Virus record (IMG/VR): IMGVR_UViG_3300039239_000004
Span: 1 to 46,490 of that record
Strand: one strand, 5' to 3'
From: a virus
Taxonomy: Duplodnaviria > Caudoviricetes
DNA: 46,490 nt
Part shown: positions 1 through 7,335 of the stretch, in pieces
Layout: the number at the start of each line of letters is the position of its first letter
Numbering within the stretch: the stretch's first letter is position 1
Position numbers and translations under genes: made by a program
The notes under the pieces: model-generated
Databases searched by the model: none
Told to the model about the DNA's origin: nothing
What the model saw: the letters and a program-made list of their open reading frames with translations, nothing else

Positions 1-27
1 GCGGGGTACGGGGCTGCGGGGGAGGGG

Positions 28-777
28 TTACGCGGCCAAGCGCTGGAAGGTCATGCGCCGGTGGGCTTCTCTGGCCTTGTGAACGTCATCAGCGCAGTAC
101 GCGATCAGTTCGGCAATGCGGCCAGCTTTCCAATAGTCGTAGACCTGGCTACCGTCGATTTCGCCTTTGCCAGGAAGGCCAAGGGCGGTGCATAGGTTGT
201 CCAGCGAGATACGGTTGCCGTGCCCAGCCCATTGGGTCATGGTGTCGAACACTGAATCGTCCCAAGGCCGCGCGCCGAAGGGGATAGCCAGCGGCGGCTG
301 TACGCCAGTGATGACTGCGCGCTGGTAGATGAACCGAAGGTCAAAGCCGGTCACGTTGTGACCAATGAACACCGGGCGGCGGTTAGGGTCGATACCCTGG
401 CGGATCATGTCGAACGCGACGGCCAGCGTTTCCGTCTCGGTGGAGGCATGGGCGACCACCGGGTCCGCATCATCGAATGCAAGGCCAATCATCAAAACTT
501 GGCCGCTGGCGCCATTCAGCGCCGTCTTGCGCCATTCCTGTTCGGCAACTTCCGGCCCCTTGGTTTCCCTGAAGGTGGCCACCCAATCAGCGATCATGGT
601 GTCCTTGCTGACGAACTTGATCTTTTCCTTGTCCGTCATCCCCAGATCAGCCGCCGCCTGCTCCTTCGTCAGAGTGGACGGCGCCTTGAAGTTCTCCTTG
701 GCGTCGTCGATGAAGGCTTGCAGCGCACCGTCGCGCATGTCCGGCAAAGTTTCGATATCAAGGTAGACGTGGGTCAT
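28..777 (-). CDS. DEDDy 3'-5' exonuclease (PolB-exo/RNase H-like)
   Basis: ExoI YLDIET, ExoII GHNVTGFDLRF and ExoIII YCADDV motifs. Start chosen at ATG 777, overlapping the ssb stop (ATGA). Confidence 0.85.
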   Translation of the reverse strand: MTHVYLDIETLPDMRDGALQAFIDDAKENFKAPSTLTKEQAAADLGMTDKEKIKFVSKDTMIADWVATFRETKGPEVAEQEWRKTALNGASGQVLMIGLAFDDADPVVAHASTETETLAVAFDMIRQGIDPNRRPVFIGHNVTGFDLRFIYQRAVITGVQPPLAIPFGARPWDDSVFDTMTQWAGHGNRISLDNLCTALGLPGKGEIDGSQVYDYWKAGRIAELIAYCADDVHKAREAHRRMTFQRLAA

Positions 778-1100
778 TGGCTGTCCTTCGATCCAAGCAT
801 CTGCATTTGATCCGCGATGATCTCGGTGACGTAGCGCTTGCTGCCATCCTTCTCGTACTCTCGGGTTTGCATACGGCCCTGGATGAACACCTGCTTTCCC
901 TTCTTCAGGTACTCCCCGCAAATCTCAGCGAGCTTCCCGAAGGCCGTGACGCGGACCCATTCTGTCCCTTCCTTGCTGCTGGTCTTCCAGCCGCATGCCA
1001 GGGAGAAGTTGGCGACAGCGGCACCGTCAGGCGCATATCGAACTTCGGGGTCTTTGCCAAGACGGCCGATAAACTGGCATTGGTTCAGGTCGTTGCTCAT
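774..1100 (-). CDS. ssb: single-stranded DNA-binding protein (short, no long acidic tail)
   Basis: LNQCQFIGRLGKDPEVRY...TEWVRVTAFGKLAE...KKGKQVFIQGR...YVTEIIAD, the SSB OB-fold signature. Confidence 0.95.
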   Translation of the reverse strand: MSNDLNQCQFIGRLGKDPEVRYAPDGAAVANFSLACGWKTSSKEGTEWVRVTAFGKLAEICGEYLKKGKQVFIQGRMQTREYEKDGSKRYVTEIIADQMQMLGSKDSQ

Positions 1101-1699
1101 TACGCTGCCTTCTTGAGTTCGCTCATGCGTTGGTTGAAATGCTGGGTGACGAGGCGCTTTTGGCCGGCTGCAAGGCCGTTCATCAGCTTCACCAAGTCAG
1201 GAACGGTCGCTGCGGCGTTCATCTGTGCGACGATCATCGCGTCCGCTTCGGTGGCCTGCGATTCGGCGGGCGCCGCATCGTTCGGTGCTTGGGTGGACCG
1301 AGTAGACGGGCCGGACGCCGCGTTGCCGTCGTCGTCGTCCTGGTAGACGCCAGTAATGGCCGCCAAGGCGTAGCGCCGGGCGTAGGTCATCGCACTGCCA
1401 TAGCCTTGTGGGTCTTGCTTGGGCAGCGGCATGACCAGCGTGTCGGAGATCCACTCCCCAGACTCGTGCATAAGCATCGTCGTCAGGTGCAGACGGTTGT
1501 CGTCGGACGGGCTGGCGGTCTGGATGTACACGATGCCAGCGGCGTTCAGGGCCGGTTTGACGGCCTCGATGACGGCGGGCAGATCGGCATACTTATTCTT
1601 GAAGTGCGGGTTCGTGGCGTCCTTCTTGGCGAACTCCGTAGCCTTCTGGGCCGCTAAGAGTGCTGGCGCGATGGCCTTCATCGATTCGCTGTGTTGCAT
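1100..1699 (-). CDS. erf: ERF-family ssDNA annealing protein
   Basis: KDATNPHFKNKYADL and QGYGSAMTYARRYALAAITGV-QDDDDG ERF motifs. Confidence 0.92.
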   Translation of the reverse strand: MQHSESMKAIAPALLAAQKATEFAKKDATNPHFKNKYADLPAVIEAVKPALNAAGIVYIQTASPSDDNRLHLTTMLMHESGEWISDTLVMPLPKQDPQGYGSAMTYARRYALAAITGVYQDDDDGNAASGPSTRSTQAPNDAAPAESQATEADAMIVAQMNAAATVPDLVKLMNGLAAGQKRLVTQHFNQRMSELKKAA

Positions 1700-1777
1700 G
1701 GTCTTGCTCCTGATGTTCGAGTTCTTGCTGGTAGGCCAGCGCGGCGGCTTCGTCGTCTTGTGAAGATGCGAAGTAGT

Positions 1778-1981
1778 TCATGCCGATTCCTCCGGCACTC
1801 CGGAACGAATGCGCAGGAGGCGGATCGTATCGGTGGTGAATTTGCTGTCCGGGTCGTGCCCGAACCATTCGCACGCGTTGACGACGCCGAAGGAACGAAT
1901 TGCGTTATCGAAAGCGTCGGCCGGTACGCGCTCTTCAACAGGAAGAATCTCGCCAGGGCCTCCGTGAGGGATTCGGCTCAT
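1778..1981 (-). CDS. hypothetical phage protein
   Basis: 67-aa ORF with an AAGGA SD, closely packed with its neighbours in the leftward operon. Confidence 0.6.
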   Translation of the reverse strand: MSRIPHGGPGEILPVEERVPADAFDNAIRSFGVVNACEWFGHDPDSKFTTDTIRLLRIRSGVPEESA

Positions 1982-1983
1982 GT

Positions 1984-2142
1984 CTATTCCTTTGCGGCGT
2001 ACATAGTCCCGCCTTCCTTCGCCACCCGTTCCTGCTCGTACTTGTCGAGAGTGGGGCGAAGAACGCAGGTAGCGAGCAGAAAAACGGCCCCGAAGAAGAT
2101 CGTGGGGCCGTGGGTTTTGAGGAAGGTTAGGAGGCGGATCAT
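1984..2142 (-). CDS. small membrane protein (52 aa, not in ORF track)
   Basis: Hand translation MIRLLTFLKTHGPTIFFGAVFLLATCVLRPTLDKYEQERVAKEGGTMYAAKE. GGAG SD; ATGA overlap with the HNH stop. Confidence 0.6.
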   Translation of the reverse strand: MIRLLTFLKTHGPTIFFGAVFLLATCVLRPTLDKYEQERVAKEGGTMYAAKE

Positions 2143-2564
2143 TGCTGCTCTCCCTTGGCCTTGCGGTGATAGGCGCGTACAGCCTCTGCCTGTGAACTGG
2201 CCTTGATCGCGGCCGAGTGCTTGGCGCCGCGCGATGTGTGGCCGTGCGCCTCGCGATCAGCGGCGTTCTCTTTCGCGGTGCCCCATGCCAGATTGCGAAA
2301 ATCGTTGTTCAGCTTGTTACCGTCTAGGTGGCGGACCTCGTAGCCTGGGGCAGGTTGCGGGCCAAGGTGGGTCCTAGCTACGAGCTTGTGAACTGCCATG
2401 CGGACCCGCTTGCCGTTCTGCAGGATGCGGACGGACGGGTAGCCGTGGGAGTTTGGCGTCTGCGCAAGCTCTCGGCGCCCATAACCGCGCCAGTTCGTGT
2501 CAACCGAAAAGACGCGGCCGTCGTGCGTCACTTCGTAGCAGGGCGAATCGTGTTTCGTCGTCAT
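2139..2564 (-). CDS. NUMOD4-like/HNH endonuclease
   Basis: YEVTHDGRVFS (NUMOD4-like) and VHKLVA...VRHLDGNKLNNDFRNLAWGTAKEN (HNH). Start ATG 2564 after GAGG. Confidence 0.85.
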   Translation of the reverse strand: MTTKHDSPCYEVTHDGRVFSVDTNWRGYGRRELAQTPNSHGYPSVRILQNGKRVRMAVHKLVARTHLGPQPAPGYEVRHLDGNKLNNDFRNLAWGTAKENAADREAHGHTSRGAKHSAAIKASSQAEAVRAYHRKAKGEQQ

Positions 2565-2655
2565 GCTGACTTCCTCAGAAAGGCCATGGCGCGGTCGCCG
2601 ATCAGGCCCAAGGGGTAATCGGCGCACCGGCCGCACAGGATGAAGAGGGCGGTAT

Positions 2656-2988
2656 TCATTGCGGATTCCAATCAGGCCAGAAGCCGCGGACGTACTTCGT
2701 GGTTTGGTAGTCGGCGACGTGGGCAATAGCCAGCGTCATCTGGTCCCGGCACTCAGGCCCGAGAATGCCGGACGCCGCCAGTTCAAGGATCTTCTCCGGC
2801 TGGTCAGCTTTGCCAGCAATGAACGCCAGCATCTTCGCGTCCTCGTCCGGGAATTCCTGTTCAAACGCTTCTATGACTACCCAGCGGTAGGTAAATAGAT
2901 CCGCCTCGATCCCTCGGACGACCTCTCCGTACTTCACGTCGTAGATGTGCTGGGGCGGGTCGAAGGTGAATCTAGGTCGATTCCCCAT
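2656..2988 (-). CDS. hypothetical phage protein
   Basis: Part of ORF 2656..3153. ATG 2988 (MGNRPRF) follows AAGGAGAAAGG. Confidence 0.6.
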   Translation of the reverse strand: MGNRPRFTFDPPQHIYDVKYGEVVRGIEADLFTYRWVVIEAFEQEFPDEDAKMLAFIAGKADQPEKILELAASGILGPECRDQMTLAIAHVADYQTTKYVRGFWPDWNPQ

Positions 2989-3337
2989 GGCCTTTCTCCT
3001 TCGAGAATTGATAGGGTTTTGGCTTGACCGGCAAATAGGAGTGCAGCGGAAACCAGAAGTCCATAACTGTGACGGCAGTTGCCCCACGCCCAGGAACGTC
3101 CGACATGACAAGGCGTGTGTCAGAGACGATGGAATCTCGACACGGCACGACACGCTGATAGACCTGTTTGACCGGAGCCTGCACTACTACCCATGCGGGG
3201 ATATCGCGCTCTTCCTTAGCCACCCGCTCCTGAACGGCGGTGACAAACTCGCCCCAGGACCAATGACCTCGCGCCCAATACTTCAATTGGCACGAATCAT
3301 CAAGAGCGTAGGATTCCTCAAGCTTGAGTTCCTTCAT
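2972..3337 (-). CDS. hypothetical phage protein
   Basis: Part of ORF 2972..3412. ATG 3337 (MKELKLEE) follows an AGGA SD. Confidence 0.6.
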   Translation of the reverse strand: MKELKLEESYALDDSCQLKYWARGHWSWGEFVTAVQERVAKEERDIPAWVVVQAPVKQVYQRVVPCRDSIVSDTRLVMSDVPGRGATAVTVMDFWFPLHSYLPVKPKPYQFSKEKGHGEST

Positions 3338-3883
3338 GGTGATTCCTATGTAAGGTGCAGCTGCCCTCGGCCCAGTCCTCACGGATACCCAGCCGTCAAG
3401 CCTCATGGCCACTCGGCTGTCTAGACTGGGGTCTTGAAGGTGGGGAAAGGCAGCTGCTAACTTGTGGTTTGACTACCTACAGACGACACTGCGCCCCGAT
3501 GCAAAGCCTCGGTTTGTCGTACCCGTTTTCGCGTGTTGAAAGTTGAGTTGTGCAGCGTGGCTAAGGCGCTGCCGCAATGTCGTCTGTGGGGAGTCCCCGC
3601 TACTTTCCCGGGGTGGTCAGCGGCACGCTAATTTTCTCCGCCCGTCATCGCAGTTAACGATTGCGCCTCGTGATGGTGCCCAATCTATTTCGGCAGACTC
3701 CCACTGGGTCAAGGAGCTGATTGCTCGGGTGGTAGGACACCCGTACTGCCTTATTCACAGCCATCAAGGAGGGGCCGGCTTGCGTCCCGATACGGAACCA
3801 GCGGTATCGCGCTGGCCCGGCCCCTTCTTGATAGCGCCGCGTTTCGTGCGGCTACGGCTGCTATGCAGCACCAGGGGGAGATA

Positions 3884-4009
3884 TCAAACCGAAGTTGCGA
3901 TCAGCATCAAACCCGCGATTCCGATCCAAGTAACGGGGTTCTTGATACCGTGCCATCCAATGGCGCCTCCGCAAAGGAGGAGGCCAAGGTGCAAAAGTCC
4001 AAACGTCAT
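3884..4009 (-). CDS. 41-aa hydrophobic peptide (not in ORF track)
   Basis: Hand translation MTFGLLHLGLLLCGGAIGWHGIKNPVTWIGIAGLMLIATSV, with a strong AAGGAG SD. Confidence 0.6.
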   Translation of the reverse strand: MTFGLLHLGLLLCGGAIGWHGIKNPVTWIGIAGLMLIATSV

Positions 4010-4051
4010 CTCTTCTCCTTTGCCCCTCGGGCTTATCAACGGGATGGGTAA

Positions 4052-4216
4052 TTACTCGTCAGCGCACGCATAACCAAATAAGCCGAACACTGCGGCAAGG
4101 GCGGCAACGATAAGCATCACAAGCTCAAACGGCTGATCTTTGGCGGCGTAGGTGAAGCCGCCGGCGGCAATCACCGCTGCTGCCGGAACTGCCGCCATCG
4201 CAGCGGGTCGTTTCAT
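4052..4216 (-). CDS. 54-aa peptide with two hydrophobic segments (not in ORF track)
   Basis: Hand translation MKRPAAMAAVPAAAVIAAGGFTYAAKDQPFELVMLIVAALAAVFGLFGYACADE, with an AAGGAG SD. Confidence 0.6.
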   Translation of the reverse strand: MKRPAAMAAVPAAAVIAAGGFTYAAKDQPFELVMLIVAALAAVFGLFGYACADE

Positions 4217-4238
4217 CTCGTTCTCCTTGTTAATCGGT

Positions 4239-4401
4239 ATGAATCCTGAAAGAAGCGGGCCGGGCTTGAGTACCGGCTACAGTTGCGTCTACTGCCCCTC
4301 TGCGCCGCTTCCCCTTAAGGGTCATCCGAGTCGTTAGCTCTAGAGCTTCATGCGCAGTCGAGGGCGTGTCCTTCCACGCCGCCGCTTCTTTCAGGACTCA
4401 T
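4239..4401 (-). ncRNA. putative tRNA-like structured RNA inside a 20-bp closing stem
   Basis: Inverted repeat 4239-4258/4382-4401 (one G.U on the minus strand) encloses D-like, extended anticodon-like, variable-like and T-like hairpins. No CCA end. Confidence 0.5.
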
Positions 4402-4432
4402 GTGTCTGCGTCCTGTCAGGGCGCAGAGATTG

Positions 4433-4594
4433 TTAGTGCTGCAAGAGGCGAAGAATCCGACGCCTGGTTTCGCTAGGCTTGTTGAAGTGCTTGACGATCG
4501 CACGCAAGAAACGCACTTGCCGGTGCTGCGGGCGCCGCAACTTTCGGTTTCGGTACATACGTCGAAGCTCACTTCGGGACACAACGATGTCCAT
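4433..4594 (-). CDS. 53-aa arginine-rich peptide, paralog B (not in ORF track)
   Basis: MDIVVSRSELRRMYRNRKLRRPQHRQVRFLRAIVKHFNKPSETRRRILRLLQH. AAGGAG SD; homologous to the neighbouring ORF. Confidence 0.8.
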   Translation of the reverse strand: MDIVVSRSELRRMYRNRKLRRPQHRQVRFLRAIVKHFNKPSETRRRILRLLQH

Positions 4595-4608
4595 CCTTGC
4601 TCTCCTTG

Positions 4609-4642
4609 TTCATTCGTAAGCCCGCTCTAGGAACGGGCTGGC
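4609..4642 (-). repeat. partial copy of the hairpin+RBS leader cassette
   Basis: TTCATTCGTAAGCCCGCTCTAGGAACGGGCTGGC closely matches 4816-4851, TTCATTCGTCAGCCATCGCTCATAGAACGGGCTGGC. Confidence 0.75.
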
Positions 4643-4800
4643 TAGTACCGCAGGAGGCGAACAATCCGCTGCCCGTTTTCGTTCGGCCTATTGCAGTGTT
4701 TGGCAATGGCGTGCCAGAACTTCAGATCCCGGTGCTGCCCCCGCCGGAACTTCCGATCCCGGAACAAGCGGCGTTCGGTCGAACGAGAATTGAGGGCCAT
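4642..4800 (-). CDS. 52-aa arginine-rich peptide, paralog A (not in ORF track)
   Basis: MALNSRSTERRLFRDRKFRRGQHRDLKFWHAIAKHCNRPNENGQRIVRLLRY. AGGAG SD; 27 identities to paralog B by hand alignment. Confidence 0.8.
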   Translation of the reverse strand: MALNSRSTERRLFRDRKFRRGQHRDLKFWHAIAKHCNRPNENGQRIVRLLRY

Positions 4801-4815
4801 CTGCTGTCTCCTGTT

Positions 4816-4951
4816 TTCATTCGTCAGCCATCGCTCATAGAACGGGCTGGCGGATGAATTCCGGAGCAGCGCGCTACCTGGCTGTTCCCTAGCAACTGTT
4901 CGATAAATTCAAACGGTTGCGTCGGCTCCAGGTAGAGCGATGCTTCTTCAA
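4816..4951 (-). repeat. two-hairpin leader cassette, copy 2
   Basis: Shares a 29-nt block with 5375-5403 (26/29 identical) and the same TTCAT...ATGAA second hairpin before the RBS. Confidence 0.75.
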
Positions 4952-4953
4952 TC

Positions 4954-5280
4954 TCAGCCAAACTTTTCAACGCTAAATTCGGCTTCTTCCAGGTAGTAGT
5001 ACGTCTTGTCGTGGCGGTTGTATTCGCACTTCAACGTGCCGACGTACTTCACGCCGTCGACCATGAATTCTTGGTCGTACACATCGGCGCCGCAGTTGTA
5101 GGAGCCTTCGCAATCCTCATGGGCACGACCGCGCAGAATCTCTTCTACCTCGCCCTCCGCGTCTTCCAGCGTGGCGAAGACGTTGTTTTCTGCTTTCTGC
5201 GTCCAGAGCAGTAGAGCTGCCTCTGCGTCCTGCAATGCGCGCTTGGCGTCAGCAATGTCCTGCTCGAGCTTTTCTTTCAT
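4954..5280 (-). CDS. acidic hypothetical protein (108 aa), first clear gene of the PL operon
   Basis: ATG 5280 (MKEKLEQDIA) after GGAG, within ORF 4954..5403. Confidence 0.7.
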   Translation of the reverse strand: MKEKLEQDIADAKRALQDAEAALLLWTQKAENNVFATLEDAEGEVEEILRGRAHEDCEGSYNCGADVYDQEFMVDGVKYVGTLKCEYNRHDKTYYYLEEAEFSVEKFG

Positions 5281-5293
5281 CGGTATCTCCAGG

Positions 5294-5403
5294 TTCATGA
5301 AAATGCCTGAGCCGGGAGGGCTGGCATTCAGATGAATCTGGGGCAACGCACCGCCTGGCAACTCCCGCTCATCGCGGCTCCAGGTAGTGCGCTGCCTCTT
5401 CAA
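5294..5403 (-). repeat. two-hairpin leader cassette, copy 1
   Basis: Minus-strand stem GCAGCGCACTACCTGG...CCAGGCGGTGCGTTGC, then stem TTCATCTGAATGCC...GGCATTTTCATGAA, then the SD. Confidence 0.75.
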
Positions 5404-5537
5404 CCAAGCCGCGTTCTATAGCTCCACTCCCGGAGCCAGGCGCGACCTGGTAGCCGTCGATCTTTGTTCAGGGGTAACGGGTTGCGCCCTGGGCCTAGCC
5501 ACCTTGCGGTCATCGGCCTGTTCTATCGCTTTGCTGG

Positions 5538-5550
5538 TTGTTAAAGAGCG
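5538..5550 (-). promoter_or_regulatory. nutL-like boxA antitermination element
   Basis: Minus strand reads CGCTCTTTAACAA, the lambdoid/rrn boxA consensus, about 110 nt downstream of PL. Confidence 0.75.
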
Positions 5551-5662
5551 GTGCTGCTGGTACTGCTTCCCATGCCCACCCGACTTTGTGGCGGTGACGT
5601 CCTCTCGCTGGGATACGAGGCCGAGGGCTTGTTGCGGCGCTGAGTTGGCAGCGCATGGGTGA

Positions 5663-5705
5663 ATAATCGCATTTGCGATTGAATTAGTCAAGCGCAAATG
5701 CGATT
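5663..5705 (-). promoter_or_regulatory. PL promoter with operators OL1/OL2
   Basis: Minus strand TTGACT (5691-5686), 17 nt, GATTAT (5668-5663). 16-bp palindromes AATCGCATTTGCGATT (5665-5680) and AAGCGCAAATGCGATT (5690-5705) match the OR sites. Confidence 0.85.
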
Positions 5706-5753
5706 GTTATTCCGGCTACCATGTTTGAATTGTTTTGTTACTAGGGGAGTGAA

Positions 5754-6179
5754 ATGAAAGCCTGGATTCTGGCTATGGTCGGGTCGGTCGCGTGGCTGTC
5801 CGGCTGCGCAGCGCAAAGACCTGCGAAAACGGTTGTGCCCGCTGCGCAATTGGTAACGGCGGAGAAGGCATACGTAGATACGAGCTTAAGCAGGCTCAGG
5901 AATTCTCTAAAAGACCCCGAATCGGCGCGGTTTTATGGTGTCTATGCCGCTCAGAAGCCCGGTCAGCCGCGGCCAAGCATTTGCGGCGCGGTAAATGCTA
6001 AGAACAGTTATGGAGGGTTCACTGGCAAAACCCTGTTCTTGGCCACGCCGGATGTAGCAGTTCTTTCGGGCGGCCTTAATGTCGGGGCGGGATCAGTGGG
6101 TTCGGAGGTGATAGTGAGTAACTGCACGCTTGCGCCAGGGCAGCCGGCGCCGCCGAGCCTCGATGTCGAATATCGTTAG
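5754..6179 (+). CDS. predicted lipoprotein (immunity-region accessory gene)
   Basis: Lipobox LSGC after a hydrophobic stretch; LKDPESARF...ICGAVNAKNSYGGFTG motif; AGGGGAG SD. Confidence 0.8.
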   Translation: MKAWILAMVGSVAWLSGCAAQRPAKTVVPAAQLVTAEKAYVDTSLSRLRNSLKDPESARFYGVYAAQKPGQPRPSICGAVNAKNSYGGFTGKTLFLATPDVAVLSGGLNVGAGSVGSEVIVSNCTLAPGQPAPPSLDVEYR

Positions 6180-6221
6180 GGGATTGCCGCTGCGTGACGG
6201 CGCCGCGGGCCGTGTGGCAAT

Positions 6222-6244
6222 AAAAAAGCCACCCGGAGGTGGCT
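6222..6244 (-). terminator. rho-independent terminator after the P63C gene
   Basis: AGCCACC-CGGA-GGTGGCT hairpin with an A6 run on the + strand (U tract on the - strand). Confidence 0.75.
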
Positions 6245-6252
6245 ATGATGGT

Positions 6253-7251
6253 CTATTGGGTGGGGAGGTCCAACTCTCGTTGGCCGCCAAACCGATCAGT
6301 GAACTTCCGTTCGTATTCGCCGCTGCTGTCGGACGATTCAGCCATTTCTAAGATTCGGCCGATTTGAATACGAAGTGCCCGGGCGCCGACATCATTCAAG
6401 AACTGGAACAGCTTCTTCTGTCGATCTCCGTCCTTTGATTTATGGGCTCTGATCAGGTCAAGAATTTTCCCATTGCTCTTCGCGAGGGGGTAATAAATAT
6501 GCTTAACAGTAAGGTGCCTAAAGTTCCAGGGCATCCCACGCACAGGCACGGGAATTTCATACAGCCTGTACCACTGTGCATAGAGATCACTAGGAAATTC
6601 TTGTTCATACTTTTTAGCTTCCTCCTGCACGAACTGCTTGAACGCGGCCACCACCTCCGCCTTGGTCGCGTCATAGCCTGATAGTTTGTATACGAGCCCC
6701 TGAATACCTGATTTCGCTGACGCGTTCAGAATGATCTGTGCCTGATCAGCGATATGCCATTGACGCTTCAGCAAGGCACCAGCCGAGCGTGCATCGACGA
6801 TGGCGTTACACACGTCAATCAGCACGGTGACGTCATAACCATTGACGTCCGAAGCGGGCATGCTTTCGCCGTTCGGGCCCACCAGAAGTCCTTGAAAAAT
6901 AAGAGGATTCTCTAGTTTTGAGCGCAATTCAGGCCCAACGTATGGAGCAACTTTTTCGCCACTCATGAACCGCGGGAGTCGGCTGCCACCTTCCCCAAGG
7001 CTGAGTGCTAGCCCCATGCCTCGCTGACTTATCACAGCCGTCTTACGCTCATCGTTCAGGACATAGCAATCGACGTCGATGCCGAAGTCTTCCTCGAAAT
7101 TGCCTCGATGTGTTGCTTCCGGCTTTTTTTGCCCCCAGCGCGCTACGGCAGCCTTCTTGGCAATCATGCTTCGCTCTTCAGGCGCGAGAACCTTCGCACG
7201 AGCGACGCCACCTTTTGCGCGTCCGGAAGTCTTGTTAGTTTTGTCGGCCAT
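6253..7251 (-). CDS. P63C-domain protein with N-terminal KGG-type basic motif
   Basis: GRAKGGVARAKVLAPEERSMIAKKAAVARW; CYVLNDERKTAVISQRGM; EAKKYEQEFPSDLYAQWYRLY...KLFQFL resembles P63C. Confidence 0.75.
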   Translation of the reverse strand: MADKTNKTSGRAKGGVARAKVLAPEERSMIAKKAAVARWGQKKPEATHRGNFEEDFGIDVDCYVLNDERKTAVISQRGMGLALSLGEGGSRLPRFMSGEKVAPYVGPELRSKLENPLIFQGLLVGPNGESMPASDVNGYDVTVLIDVCNAIVDARSAGALLKRQWHIADQAQIILNASAKSGIQGLVYKLSGYDATKAEVVAAFKQFVQEEAKKYEQEFPSDLYAQWYRLYEIPVPVRGMPWNFRHLTVKHIYYPLAKSNGKILDLIRAHKSKDGDRQKKLFQFLNDVGARALRIQIGRILEMAESSDSSGEYERKFTDRFGGQRELDLPTQ

Positions 7252-7335
7252 GCAAGCACTCCTTTTGTTTGGTGTGCTTGCATTATGACCGGCGGAATAA
7301 AAAAAGCAAGCATGTTGAAGAATACCGATGCTTGC
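7252..7335 (-). promoter_or_regulatory. promoter of the P63C gene flanked by two GCAAGCA-N16-TGCTTGC inverted repeats
   Basis: Repeats at 7252-7281 and 7306-7335. Minus strand TTGCTT, 16 nt, CATAAT, then GGAG SD. Confidence 0.65.

Noticed and set aside
1593-1781. 62-aa ORF MNYFASSQDDE...
   Set aside because: It has an SD and an ATGA overlap, but its last ~107 nt overlap erf in another frame. Possible, but not supportable from sequence alone.
3587-3705. tmRNA-like tag region (minus-strand TAACTGCG...)
   Set aside because: The resume-frame peptide would be AMTGGEN, without an ALAA-type end, and there are no tmRNA termini.
4259-4300. Twister ribozyme (GCCGGT...CAAGCCCGG resembles twister P4/L4)
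   Set aside because: The loop is one nucleotide longer, and I could not find the UAA cleavage strand or the GA-plus-pseudoknot strand in any permutation. The tRNA-like fold fits better.
4609-5403. CRISPR array or solitary CRISPR repeat
   Set aside because: The repeats are long, degenerate, irregularly spaced and separated by genes. They do not resemble type I repeats I recognise, and there are no cas genes.
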